This document shows positions 1-9,754 of a stretch of 64,000 bases of DNA, in pieces. Positions within the stretch are counted from its first letter, which is position 1; every line of letters starts with the position of its first letter. A program made the position numbers and the translations under genes. The notes under the pieces were generated by a model, which was not told the origin of the DNA, did no database searches, and saw nothing but the letters and a program-made list of their open reading frames with translations. Origin of the DNA: an uncultured Phycisphaerae bacterium (GTDB lineage: Bacteria > Planctomycetota > Phycisphaerae > UBA1845 > PWPN01); the NCBI GenBank assembly GCA_938005315.1, contig CALLOB010000020.1, positions 275-64,274 of the forward strand, read 5' to 3'.

Positions 1-268
1 GGACGAGCTGCCCGCCGATGCCCTGGCGCTGGAAGGCCTCATCGACCGCCAGGCTGCGCAGCTCGCCGAGGTCCCTCCAGACCAGGGCCAGGGCCGCGCA
101 GCCCACGACCTTCTGGCCGCCTTCCACCGGGCGCACGCAGACCACGAAATCGCGCAGGTGTTCGTAGAGATCCGCGTGGGAGCGGAAGAGCATCTTGTTG
201 AGTTCGGCGTGCACGGTGATCAGCCGATGGATCTCCGGCACGTCGGCCATGATGGCGCTGCGGATCAC
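1..268 (-). CDS. GNAT-family N-acetyltransferase (ArgA-like), 3' part runs off the left edge
   Basis: Not in the ORF track because it is edge-truncated. My minus-strand translation from GTG at 268 gives (M)IRSAIMADVPEIHRLITVHAELNKMLFRSHADLYEHLRDFVVCVRPVEGGQKVVGCAALALVWRDLGELRSLAVDEAFQRQGIGGQLV. This shows the typical GNAT motif A (sLAV...rgqGiG). The listed ORFs 39..335(-) and 158..340(+) are Arg/Asp-rich shadow frames. Start is uncertain (GTG 268 or ATG 250). Confidence 0.6.
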   Translation of the reverse strand, partial: MIRSAIMADVPEIHRLITVHAELNKMLFRSHADLYEHLRDFVVCVRPVEGGQKVVGCAALALVWRDLGELRSLAVDEAFQRQGIGGQLV

Positions 269-496
269 TGCGGGCTCCGGGCCGGCGCCGGTCGCCCCGT
301 CGTCCAGAGGGAACCCGACCGACGTGATGCTCCATCTTAGTGCCGGCGACAAGCCCGGCAAGCCTTGAAAGTTCCGCCCCGCGACGAGGTCGGCCCCGAG
401 GCGGGCTGGATGTCGACGGGCGATCATCCGATGACGACCGCGCGCCGCCTCGGCCCGGGCGGCGCGAACCGGCAGGGGGCGGGTATAATCCCGGCG

Positions 497-2044
497 ATGG
501 AAACCGTCGCGATCGTCGATTTCGGCAGCCAGTATTCCCAGCTCATCGCCCGGCGGGTGCGCGAGAACCGCGTGTTCTCGGTGGTCTGCGGTCCGCAGGT
601 CCGCCCGGCGGACCTGGCCGGGCTGGACATCCGGGGGCTGATCTTCTCGGGCGGACCGGCCAGCGTGTATGAGCCGGGCGCCCCGACCTGCGATCCGGCG
701 CTGCTGGACATGGGCGTGCCGGTGCTGGGCATCTGTTACGGAATGCAGCTGGCCTGCCGGATGCTGGGCGCGGACGTGCACGGGGCCCCCGCCAAGGAAT
801 ACGGCCGTACCCCGCTGACCGTGCTGGACCGTGCCGATCACCTGCTGGCCCACGTTCCCGAGCGGACCAGCGTGTGGAACAGCCACGGCGACCAGGTGAT
901 GTCGCTGCCGGCGGAATTCGCCCCGCTGGCCCGGACGCCCAACTGCCCGATTGCGGCGGTGCGTCACCGGACCCGCCCGGTGTACGGGGTGCAGTTCCAC
1001 CCCGAGGTGACCCACACGCCCTGCGGCGGGCAGATCCTGCGCAACTTCCTGTACGACATCTGCGGTTGCGGCGGGCGCTGGGAGATGGGCAACTTCATCC
1101 ACGAGACGGTCAAGTCGATCCGCCGGCGGGTCGGGCCGGACGAGCGGGTGATCTGCGGCCTGTCCGGCGGAGTCGACAGCAGCGTGACGGCTGCCCTGCT
1201 GCACGAGGCCATCGGCGAGCGGCTGGTCTGCATCTTCGTGGACAACGGGCTGCTGCGCAAGAACGAGGTGCACCTGGTCGAGTCGACGTTCCGTGACCAC
1301 TTCCGGATCGACCTGCGGATCGCCGACGCCGGGGCCCGGTTCCTGGAGCGGCTGGCCGGCGTGACCGATCCCCAGGAGAAGCGACGCCGCATCGGGCACG
1401 AGTTCATCGAGGTATTCAAGGCGCAGGCCTCCGCCGTACCCAACGCCCGCTACCTGGCCCAGGGCACGCTGTACCCGGATGTCATCGAGTCCGGGCACGG
1501 TCTGGCCGGCAAGGCCGCGAACATCAAGCTGCATCACAACGTCGGCGGGCTGCCGGCGGAGCTGGGTTTCGAACTGATCGAGCCGCTGCGCGACCTGTTC
1601 AAGGACGAGGTCCGCGTGGCCGGCCAGCACCTCGGGCTGCCGGAGGAGATCCTCTGGCGGCACCCGTTTCCCGGGCCGGGGCTGGCGGTGCGGATCGTCG
1701 GCGAGGTGACGGCCGCCCGGGTGCGGCTGCTCCAGGACGTCGACGAGATCGTGATCGAGGAGATCCGGGCGGCCGGCTGGTACCGCAAGATCGCCCAGGC
1801 GTTCGCGGTGCTGCTGCCGGTGCGGGCGGTCGGGGTGATGGGCGACGGCCGCAGCTACGAGGACCAGCAGGTCGCGGCCATCCGCTGCGTGGAGACGACC
1901 GATTTCATGACCGCCGACTGGGTACGGCTGGATGACGGGCTGCTGGCGAGGATCTCGTCGCGGATCATGAACGAGGTTCGCGGCATCAACCGCGTGGTTT
2001 ACGACGTGTCCAGCAAGCCGCCCAGCACCATCGAGTGGGAGTAG
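497..2044 (+). CDS. guaA: GMP synthase (glutamine-hydrolysing)
   Basis: From the internal ATG at 497: [23 protein letters not shown] (class-I glutamine amidotransferase N-terminus), the SGGVDSS PP-loop, and the C-terminal [11 protein letters not shown] typical of GuaA. The upstream 44 codons of ORF 365..2044 look non-coding. Confidence 0.95.
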   Translation: METVAIVDFGSQYSQLIARRVRENRVFSVVCGPQVRPADLAGLDIRGLIFSGGPASVYEPGAPTCDPALLDMGVPVLGICYGMQLACRMLGADVHGAPAKEYGRTPLTVLDRADHLLAHVPERTSVWNSHGDQVMSLPAEFAPLARTPNCPIAAVRHRTRPVYGVQFHPEVTHTPCGGQILRNFLYDICGCGGRWEMGNFIHETVKSIRRRVGPDERVICGLSGGVDSSVTAALLHEAIGERLVCIFVDNGLLRKNEVHLVESTFRDHFRIDLRIADAGARFLERLAGVTDPQEKRRRIGHEFIEVFKAQASAVPNARYLAQGTLYPDVIESGHGLAGKAANIKLHHNVGGLPAELGFELIEPLRDLFKDEVRVAGQHLGLPEEILWRHPFPGPGLAVRIVGEVTAARVRLLQDVDEIVIEEIRAAGWYRKIAQAFAVLLPVRAVGVMGDGRSYEDQQVAAIRCVETTDFMTADWVRLDDGLLARISSRIMNEVRGINRVVYDVSSKPPSTIEWE

Positions 2045-2104
2045 GCTGCGTCCGGCGCGCCCCCCGCTTGCCGGTGCGGCGGCCGGCGACGCCGCAGGAA
2101 TTCC

Positions 2105-2530
2105 GTGAAACAAGCCCTGATCATCGTGGACCACGGCAGCCGTCTGGCGGAGGCCAACCGCGCGCTGGAGCGGCTGGCCGGGCACGTCCACCGCCTGAGC
2201 GGCCAGCCCGTCTACGTCGCCCACATGGAGCTGGCCGAGCCTTCGATCGCGCAGGCGTTCGACGCGGCCGTGGCCGACGGGGCGGAATTCATCTTCGTTT
2301 TTCCCTGCTTCGTCGCTCCCGGGCGTCACAGCCGCCGGGACATCCCGGCGCAGTGCGCCGCGGCCGCCGCCCGACACCCGGGCCCGGGCTGGCACTGCTC
2401 CGGGCCGATCGGAGCCGACGAGATGCTCGCCCGGCTGATCGTGGAACGCCTCAACCGCTGCGCCGCCCGCGGATACCGCTGCGAGGACTGCCCCGACACC
2501 TCCTGGTGCCGCGAGGACACCGGCGGTTGA
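2105..2530 (+). CDS. cbiX: Short CbiX-type sirohydrochlorin chelatase with Cys-rich C-terminal tail
   Basis: GTG start. LIIVDHGSRLAEAN...YVAHMELAEPSI...FIFVFPCFVAPGRHSRRDIP matches the CbiX/SirB chelatase fold motifs. The tail is CAARGYRCEDCPDTSWC (4 Cys). Confidence 0.7.
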   Translation: MKQALIIVDHGSRLAEANRALERLAGHVHRLSGQPVYVAHMELAEPSIAQAFDAAVADGAEFIFVFPCFVAPGRHSRRDIPAQCAAAAARHPGPGWHCSGPIGADEMLARLIVERLNRCAARGYRCEDCPDTSWCREDTGG

Positions 2531-2866
2531 TGGCGGCCGAAAACCCCGACCTCCCGAAGTGCACACCGGTCGGAGGGGCCACCGCGATTGGTGCCGGCGA
2601 CCAGCGCGCCGGACCGGGCCGCGCCTCGACGCGTCGCCCCGGCATGATGTGATCCGGGCGACGCAAGCTGACCCCGTTCGAGGAAGACGTTTTCGCCGGT
2701 TGAAGGGTAGATGGCGCCGCGGATAGCGCCGCACGGCCTCCGGGGCGGGGGGAGGCCGAACCCTGGCGGAATCCCGGCCGCGCGGGTAGACTGGCCCGCT
2801 CTGGCCGTCCGGCCGCGGGCGGCGCGGGAGCCCCCGCACGGACGACCGCACCGGGAGAACGCGGCG

Positions 2867-3640
2867 ATGGGTCGTACCTGCGTGATCGTGGCCGCTGCGG
2901 CGGCGATGTTGTGCCTGTGGTGTGCCTGCGAGCAGAAGAGTTCTGCGCCGGCACCTGTCGAGACGCCTGCGAAGCAGCCCGTCGAAACGGGTCGGGAGCA
3001 GCCTGCCCGGACCGACCAGGAGCAATCCGCGGCGTCAGGCCCGAGATCTTCATCCGAGGTGAGCACCATGAGCAGTGAACAGCAGACATCGGCGGCCGTT
3101 CAGTCGAACCCGGGCAAGCCGCTGGTGCTCCTGGACGTCAGCCACGGCGGCAGTCCGCTGGGAACCATCACCCTGGAGCTGGAGCCGGAGAAGGCCCCGC
3201 AGACCGTCGAGAACTTCCTGCGCTACGTGGACGAGGGCTTCTACCAGGGCACGGTGTTCCACCGCGTGATCCCGGGCTTCATGATCCAGGGCGGCGGTTT
3301 CGTCAGCGCCACCGAGCAGAAGTTCACCGGGCTGCACGCCCCGATCCGCAACGAGGCCCGCAACGGGCTCAAAAACACCCGCGGGACCATCGCGATGGCC
3401 CGCACCGGTGAACCGCATTCGGCTACCTCGCAGTTCTTCATCAACGTCAACGACAACGCTCTCCTGGACTACCCCAGCCGGGACGGGTGGGGCTATTGCG
3501 TGTTCGGGAAGGTCGTCGCCGGCATGGACGTGGTGGACAAGATCAAGGACGTTCCGACGCGCGTGAACCCGGAAATGGGCAGCGAGAAGTCGCAGCCGAT
3601 CGATCCGCCGGTGATCACGGCCGCGCGGCGCGCCAAGTGA
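2867..3640 (+). CDS. Exported cyclophilin-type peptidyl-prolyl cis-trans isomerase (probable lipoprotein)
   Basis: Internal ATG at 2867 gives [23 protein letters not shown] (signal peptide with lipobox-like Cys). The cyclophilin core follows: [15 protein letters not shown]...[22 protein letters not shown]. Confidence 0.9.
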   Translation: MGRTCVIVAAAAAMLCLWCACEQKSSAPAPVETPAKQPVETGREQPARTDQEQSAASGPRSSSEVSTMSSEQQTSAAVQSNPGKPLVLLDVSHGGSPLGTITLELEPEKAPQTVENFLRYVDEGFYQGTVFHRVIPGFMIQGGGFVSATEQKFTGLHAPIRNEARNGLKNTRGTIAMARTGEPHSATSQFFINVNDNALLDYPSRDGWGYCVFGKVVAGMDVVDKIKDVPTRVNPEMGSEKSQPIDPPVITAARRAK

Positions 3641-3730
3641 TCGGCCGGCTTCGGGCCCGGCAACGACGATCCCCACCCCCGCCTTGTGCTCCGGCGGGCT
3701 GCCCCCGGAAGAGAATCGGATCAGGTCGGA

Positions 3731-3949
3731 TCAGGCCCGTTCGGGTTCTCGCGGGCCGTCGGCCAGCGGGCGATCGGGTACCGAGGCACGTTCGCCGGTC
3801 GCCCGATCGGCTTCCTCGGCCTGCCGGACCTGAGAGGGGACCGGCCCGGAACGGCTTTCATCATCGCCCAGCGAGGCCTGGTGCACTGCAGCCAGGCACC
3901 AGACACAGCCGCCTACGAGAAGCAAAGAGAGGGTCTTGCGGCACTTCAA
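3731..3949 (-). CDS. Small secreted/lipoprotein-like hypothetical protein
   Basis: TTG start preceded by AGGGAG 7 nt upstream. N-terminus MKCRKTLSLLLVGGCVWCLAA looks like a signal peptide. The remainder is acidic and low-complexity. Confidence 0.35.
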   Translation of the reverse strand: MKCRKTLSLLLVGGCVWCLAAVHQASLGDDESRSGPVPSQVRQAEEADRATGERASVPDRPLADGPREPERA

Positions 3950-4272
3950 GGTCTGACTCCCTGCGTATCGCGAAACAACCTGCGATTGGGGTAATTCAGC
4001 TTATCGGCGAAGGGGGTATTTTCCCCGCAGCTTTTCAATTGTCAATCGAATCGCCCGTGAGGCACGATCGCAACTCAACTCCTGTGGCCACTGGAGGCGG
4101 AAAACCGCCTCTGTGCATAAAGTCCTTGTCAAAGCGAGGGTTCCGAAATGGCCAGGAGCACGGTTTGACAGCCCGGCGCTTCGGGCGTTAGCGTGACCGA
4201 CGCCGGGCGGCTGGAAGGCGGCGGCGCGGTGGCGGGCCTTTCGCGGCGTCCGGCACATGTGAGGGTCGTTCA

Positions 4273-7200
4273 ATGCGGACGCACATTTCCGGTTCTGCGG
4301 CGGCTGTGATGGCCTTGGGGTCGTGTTGCGGGCTGGCGGCCTCGGCCAGGGCGGTGGATTCCGCCGGGGTCAAGGCGTTGTTCGCCGACCCGCCGCGCGA
4401 GTACAGCACCGCCCCGCTTTGGGTCTGGAACGACTGGCACACCCCCGAGCAGGTGGTCGAATCGCTGCGTGACCTGGCCGGCAGGAACGTGCGGCAGGTG
4501 TTCATCCACCCCCGCCCCGGGCTGATCACGCCTTATCTCGGTCCGGAGTGGTTCCAGTTGTGGGAGGCCTGTCTGGAGGAGGCCCGGCGGCTGGATATGA
4601 ACCTGTGGATCTACGACGAGAACTCCTACCCCTCGGGATTCGCCGGGGGACGGGTGCCCGAGGCGATGCCCGAGTCGCGGGGGCTGGGGCTGGTGATCCG
4701 CGAGACCGACAAGGCACCGGTCGCCGACGAAAACCTGGTGGGTGCGTATCGCATGACCGACGGGGGCTTTCAGGACGTCACCGCCGACTGCCGGGCCGGC
4801 CGGGCGCTGCCCGAGGGGCGCTATGTGACGGCGGTCGTCGTCCAGGCCCCGGTGACCGCCTGGCACGGCGGCCGCTATTACGTGGATCTGATGCGGCCGG
4901 GGGTCACCGAGAAGTTCATCGAGCTGACGCTGGAACCCTACCGCCAGCACTTCGGGCACGAGTTCGGCAAACGGATTCCGGGGGTATTCCAGGACGAGGC
5001 TCACATCCGCCCGGCCGACGCGGGGGTGCCCTGGACGCCGGGTTTGCCGGAGGCCTTCCGCAAGCGATGGGGTTACGACCTTCTGGCCCACCTTCCGAGC
5101 CTGAACTACCCGCTGGGCGACTTCCGGCGGGTGCGGCACAATTTCCTGCAGGTCTGCCTGGAGCTGTTCATCGAGCACTGGGCCCGGCCGTACTTCCAGT
5201 ACTGCAGCAGGCACAACCTGGAGTTCACCGGTCACTACTGGGAGCACGACTGGCCCTACTGCCTGCGGGTGCCGGACAACATGGCGATGTATGCCTGGCA
5301 CCAGCGGCCGGCGATCGACATCCTGCTGAACATCTGGAGCGACGGTCTGCAGGCCCAGACCGGAAACGTGCGGGCGGTGCGCGAGCTGGGCAGCGTGGCC
5401 AACCAGCTCGGTCTGAAGCGCACGCTCTGCGAGGCCTACGGCGCCGCCGGCTGGGAACTGCGTTTCGAGGACATGAAGCGGATCGGCGACTGGCTTTACG
5501 TGCTGGGGGTGAACACGCTGGACGAGCATCTCTCGCACGTCAGCATCCGCGGGGCCCGCAAGCACGACCACCCGCAGTCGTTCTCGTACCACGCCCCGTG
5601 GTGGGAGGCCTACGGCGTCTCGGCCTCCTATTTCGCCCGCCTTTCGGCGGCCATGTCCCAGGGGCGGCAGATCAACGACGTGCTGCTGATCGAGCCGACG
5701 ACCACGGTCTGGATGTACAACAGCGATGTTCAGGCCCCGCCGGACTGCGACCAGATCGCCCAGGCGTTCGAGGATATCGTCCGGGCCTGGGAGCAGGCCC
5801 AGATCGAATACGACATCGGCAGCGAGGACATCATCGCCCGCCACGGTTCGGTCAGCGACGGGGCTTTCGTGGTCGGACAGCGCGCCTACCGGGTGGTGGT
5901 GCTGCCGCCGCGCACGGAGAATCTCAACACCCGGACGGTCGAGTTGCTGGAGCGCTACCTGGCCGCCGGCGGGACGGTGCTGTGCTGCGGCGAGCCGCCG
6001 GAACGCATGGACGGGGCGGTCTCGGATCGTCCGGGGGCACTGAGCCGGGCGGACGGCTGGCGCCGGGTGACGCCCGAGCAGGCCCGGGCCGAGCTGGAGA
6101 AGCGGCAGACGGCCGGCGGATTCTTCATCACCCGGCCGGATGGCGACGAGGGACGGCTGTTCCATCATCGCCGGGTGATCGACGACGGCGAGATCCTGCT
6201 GGTGGTCAACAGCAGCATCGAGAAGCCCGCGCGCTGCACGGTCGCGGCTCGCGCCGGCGGCGCGGAGGAGTGGGACCTGCGCAGCGGGAAGGCGGCACCG
6301 CTGCCCTTCCAGCGCCGCGACGGGTCGGTGAGTCTGGATCTCGAGCTGCCTCCCTGCGGCAGCCGGCTGCTTTTCCTGTCGAAACAGCCGATCGAGCCGG
6401 CGCCGCCGGTGCGCGAGACGGTCCGGGCGCTGGCGGCCATCGGCGGCATGACGGTCGAGCGACTGGATCCCAACGTGCTCACGCTGGACTACGTGGACGT
6501 CGCCTGCCAGGGCGAAAGCAGGACCGGCCTGCACATCATCAAAGCCCGCGACTGGCTGTTCGCCCGCCACGGCTTCGAGCGTAACCCCTGGGACCGCGGC
6601 GTGCAGTTCCACGACACGCACCTGCGGCGGACGTTCGCGCCGGACAGCGGTTTCGAGGCGTCCTATCGCTTCACCATCGCCGGCGAGGTGCCGCGTGCCC
6701 TTTCGGCGGTGGTGGAGCGGGCCGACCTGTTTACCATCAGCTGCAACGGCGCGCCGGTGGCGCTCCAGCCGGGCTCCTGGTGGCTGGACCGCCAGTTCGG
6801 CCGGCTGGACATCGCCGCGGCCGCCCGGACGGGCGAGAACGTCCTGACCCTCCGGGCCCGGCCGTTCAGCGTGTTCCACGAGATCGCGGAGGTGTACATC
6901 CTGGGCGACTTCGCATTGCGGCCGGCCGAACGCGGCTTCGTGATCGAGCCGGCCAGGCCGCTGGAGGCCGGCGACTGGAGGCCGCAAGGCATGCCGATGT
7001 ACGGGCACCGCGTCGCGTACGCCCGCCGGTTCAAGATTGACCGGCCTGCGGAGAAGTATCGGGTGGTCCTGGGGCGGTGGTACGGCAGCATCGCGAAGGT
7101 GAGCGTCAACGGGCAGGACGCCGGGTGGATCTCCTGTGCCCCGTGGACCTGCGAGGTCGGTCCGCTGGTCCGGGCCGGGGAGAACACGGTTCAGGTCGTG

Positions 7201-7380
7201 GTCTATGGAACGCCGCGCAACATCCTGGGGCCGTTCCACAACCCGTCGATCGGCCTGACCGGGCCGTGGCACTTCGACGCGTCGCCGGAGTCCGGCCCGC
7301 CGCCGGGGGACAAATATTTCGGAATCGGTTATGGTCTGTTCGAGGCTTTCGAGCTTCAGGAGATCACCGCCTCGCGGTGA
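4273..7380 (+). CDS. Secreted glycoside hydrolase (family not assigned by eye) with C-terminal galactose-binding-like domain
   Basis: Signal peptide MRTHISGSAAAVMALGSCCGLAASARA. FADPPREYSTAPLWVWNDWHTPEQV...LWIYDENSYPSGFAGG is the N-terminal signature of a large planctomycete/bacteroidete glycosidase group. The C-terminus resembles a GH2-type sugar-binding jelly roll. Confidence 0.7.
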   Translation: MRTHISGSAAAVMALGSCCGLAASARAVDSAGVKALFADPPREYSTAPLWVWNDWHTPEQVVESLRDLAGRNVRQVFIHPRPGLITPYLGPEWFQLWEACLEEARRLDMNLWIYDENSYPSGFAGGRVPEAMPESRGLGLVIRETDKAPVADENLVGAYRMTDGGFQDVTADCRAGRALPEGRYVTAVVVQAPVTAWHGGRYYVDLMRPGVTEKFIELTLEPYRQHFGHEFGKRIPGVFQDEAHIRPADAGVPWTPGLPEAFRKRWGYDLLAHLPSLNYPLGDFRRVRHNFLQVCLELFIEHWARPYFQYCSRHNLEFTGHYWEHDWPYCLRVPDNMAMYAWHQRPAIDILLNIWSDGLQAQTGNVRAVRELGSVANQLGLKRTLCEAYGAAGWELRFEDMKRIGDWLYVLGVNTLDEHLSHVSIRGARKHDHPQSFSYHAPWWEAYGVSASYFARLSAAMSQGRQINDVLLIEPTTTVWMYNSDVQAPPDCDQIAQAFEDIVRAWEQAQIEYDIGSEDIIARHGSVSDGAFVVGQRAYRVVVLPPRTENLNTRTVELLERYLAAGGTVLCCGEPPERMDGAVSDRPGALSRADGWRRVTPEQARAELEKRQTAGGFFITRPDGDEGRLFHHRRVIDDGEILLVVNSSIEKPARCTVAARAGGAEEWDLRSGKAAPLPFQRRDGSVSLDLELPPCGSRLLFLSKQPIEPAPPVRETVRALAAIGGMTVERLDPNVLTLDYVDVACQGESRTGLHIIKARDWLFARHGFERNPWDRGVQFHDTHLRRTFAPDSGFEASYRFTIAGEVPRALSAVVERADLFTISCNGAPVALQPGSWWLDRQFGRLDIAAAARTGENVLTLRARPFSVFHEIAEVYILGDFALRPAERGFVIEPARPLEAGDWRPQGMPMYGHRVAYARRFKIDRPAEKYRVVLGRWYGSIAKVSVNGQDAGWISCAPWTCEVGPLVRAGENTVQVVVYGTPRNILGPFHNPSIGLTGPWHFDASPESGPPPGDKYFGIGYGLFEAFELQEITASR

Positions 7381-7434
7381 GCGACGTCGCAAGAAGAGCA
7401 CGCCGCCCGTGCCGCGGCGGAAGGGAGGCAGGCG

Positions 7435-8601
7435 ATGGCCCGCGAAACCATGACCTCGCGCGAGCGGCTGCTCAAGGCCGTTCGCCGCGAAGTGCCGGAT
7501 CGGGTGCCGATCGATCTGGGCGGCTTTCAGACCGGGATCCACCGGTCGGCCTATGCGGCGCTGCTGGAGCACCTGGGGTGGCAGGAGGAGATCCGCATCC
7601 TGGACCCGGTGCAGCAGCTGGCCCGACCTTCGGAGGAGGTGCTGCAGCGGTTCCGGGTGGATACGCGCTATGTGTGCGCCCACGGCCCCGACAGCTTCAA
7701 AGGCGGGATCGTGCGGAACGAACGCGACGGGCGGGCGTGGCTGGATCTGAAGGATGAGTTCGGGATCGTCTGGTCCATGCCCGAGGATCGGCCCCTGTAT
7801 ATGGACATTTCGCGCCATCCTCTGGCCCACGCGACCATCGACGACATCCGGGCCTGCCCCTTTCCGCGCGGCGACGACCCCACGCGGTTCACCGGCGTGC
7901 GCGAGCAGGCCCTGGAACTGCGCCGCCGGACGCCCTATGCGATCTGCACCGGCATCGGCGGCGTGGTGTATGAGTTCTGCTGGTATCTGCGCGGGCTGGA
8001 GCAGTGGTTCGTGGACCTGATGGAGAACCGCCCGCTGTGCGAGGTGCTGCTGGACAGAATGGCCGACTACTGGGTGAGCTTCTACACCGCCTTCCTGAAG
8101 GAGGTCGGCGACCTGGTCGATGTGGTGATGATCGGGGACGACCTGGCCGGGCAGTCCGGGCCGCTGTTCTCGCCGGCCATCTACCGCGAGCTGGTCAAGC
8201 CCCGCCAGAAGCGTCTGGTCCAGCACATCCGGTCGCTGACCAACGCGGCGATCTGGTATCACACCTGCGGGGCCTGCAGGACCTACATCCCTGAGCTGAT
8301 CGACAACGGCGTGGACATCCTCAACCCCGTGCAGATCGGCGTGAAGGGCATGGCCCCGGCCGAACTGAAACGCGAGTTCGGCTCGCGGATCGCCTTCTGG
8401 GGCGGGGGCATCGATTCGCAGCATGTTCTGCCATTCGCGACCCCGGCCGAAGTGCGCGAACACGTCCGCGCGAATCTGGCGGCCTTCAAGCCCGGCGGCG
8501 GCTACGTCTTCAACAACGTGCACAACATCCAGGACGGCGTGCCCCCGGAAAACATCGTCGCCCTTTTCGACGCCGCCTGGGAGTTCGGTGCCTACGACTG
8601 A
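7435..8601 (+). CDS. Uroporphyrinogen decarboxylase (URO-D)/MtaA-like family protein
   Basis: MTSRERLLKAVRREVPDRVPIDLGG... and the C-terminal GGGYVFNNVHNIQDGVPPENIVALFDA are typical of URO-D family TIM barrels. Starts 54 nt after the upstream hydrolase gene. Confidence 0.75.
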   Translation: MARETMTSRERLLKAVRREVPDRVPIDLGGFQTGIHRSAYAALLEHLGWQEEIRILDPVQQLARPSEEVLQRFRVDTRYVCAHGPDSFKGGIVRNERDGRAWLDLKDEFGIVWSMPEDRPLYMDISRHPLAHATIDDIRACPFPRGDDPTRFTGVREQALELRRRTPYAICTGIGGVVYEFCWYLRGLEQWFVDLMENRPLCEVLLDRMADYWVSFYTAFLKEVGDLVDVVMIGDDLAGQSGPLFSPAIYRELVKPRQKRLVQHIRSLTNAAIWYHTCGACRTYIPELIDNGVDILNPVQIGVKGMAPAELKREFGSRIAFWGGGIDSQHVLPFATPAEVREHVRANLAAFKPGGGYVFNNVHNIQDGVPPENIVALFDAAWEFGAYD

Positions 8602-8628
8602 CCCGGGCACCCCGGGGAGGCCTCTTCG

Positions 8629-8837
8629 CCTGGAGGGCCCCGCTCCGTCGGGGCCGTGCGCAACGGCCCGCGATCGCGGACGCGACGAAGCAAGACCGGA
8701 CGCGACGGAGCGCGTCCCTCCAGGTCCGCAAGACCGGACGCGACGGAGCGCGTCCCTCCAGGTCCGCAAGACCGGACGCGACGAAGCGCGTCCCTCCGGG
8801 CCCGCATTCCCCTGGAGGGCCCCGCTCCGTCGGGGCC
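8629..8837. repeat. REP-like array of three 38-bp tandem palindromic units, bracketed by a 27-bp direct repeat
   Basis: Units 8690-8727 and 8728-8765 are identical (GCAAGACCGGACGCGACGGAGCGCGTCCCTCCAGGTCC). Unit 8766-8803 is a variant. Each contains the hairpin GGACGCG-ACGGAG-CGCGTCC. CCTGGAGGGCCCCGCTCCGTCGGGGCC occurs at 8629-8655 and 8811-8837 and is itself a hairpin (GGCCCC...GGGGCC). Confidence 0.85.
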
Positions 8838-9754
8838 ATAAACCACCAGGCCCGGGCCTTCACGCAACCTTTGCGTGGATGGCGGTGTCCCGCGATGCCG
8901 GCCTTGTGGTCCTGCTGACCCGCAAAGACCGGCCTGCATTGGTGTTTGCACAACGAGCCCTCAGGACACGAAAAAAATCCCTCGCGAAAGGCTTGCCCAG
9001 GGTTCTGGTTTGGTGTATGTTAGGATGTGTGCGCGGGCCCTTGGAGGGGTCGAAGCGTTGGGATAAAGGGAAAAAAGACAGGGAGGTCCGCGGGGGGATG
9101 GGAAATCGACTTGTCTGCCTTAAAGTATTTCAAAGCAAAAGCTTACATCGGCCCGAAGGGGACGGGGAGACGGTTGCGGCCAGGGGTTCGTCGCTGCAGG
9201 AGCCCGCGATGGGGTACCAGAGGCAGCCCGCGGCTCGGAATGCAGCGCGTTCGGCCGGCCGATCGCCCGGGACAGCAGAGCGGCCGGGCGGGGCCGGCGG
9301 TTCTCGCGACGCCGGGCGGCACAACCCCGCGGTTGGCGCGCCCGCGGTTGGCGCGGAGCCCCCCGCCGGTGTGAGAATCCGGCCCCGCGCTCTCGACCGG
9401 ACGTCGGACGCATCCTGCCACGGCTTGCCGGCCAGAACCTCGAACGGCCTGAGAATCCGGCCGCGCGCGCCCGATCGGATCAGCTGTCCCGGAAACGACG
9501 ACATCTCGGCCGAGTGTTCAAGACCCCTTGGCGGCTGGCTGGCCTCGGCCTGTGGCGAAGAAGCTGACACGGTCGCGCGTTCAAGGTCACCGCACGACGA
9601 AGTCCTGGCCACCTCTATCGCAGACGCTGAAATCGCCGGCTCATGGTCGGCGCGCGGTGAAGTTGCAGAGACCCGTCGCGTGCAGGGCGGGGGTGCCGCG
9701 TTCTCGGGCTCGCCGCCAGGCCAATCGACAGTTCTCCAGCCCGGCCGGAGCGCA

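Noticed and set aside
39-340. Track ORFs 39..335(-) and 158..340(+).
   Set aside because: A third frame on the minus strand gives a clean GNAT acetyltransferase sequence. The two listed ORFs are Arg-rich or Asp/His-rich shadows of it.
4270-8769. 1499-aa minus-strand ORF, the longest in the track.
   Set aside because: It runs antisense to two well-supported plus-strand genes (GH 4273-7380 and URO-D-like 7435-8601). Its translation is Arg/Pro/Gly/His-rich low complexity. This is a classic high-GC shadow ORF.
8690-8803. Considered whether the 38-bp tandem repeats are a CRISPR array.
   Set aside because: The units abut directly with no unique spacers. There are only three copies and no cas genes in the window. 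They are better described as REP-like tandem palindromes.
8423-9754. N-terminal 444 codons of the 875-aa ORF 8423..11050.
   Set aside because: This part overlaps the end of the URO-D-like gene, then crosses the repeat array and the AT-richer region. The translation is non-protein-like. Only the distal sigma-like part was kept.
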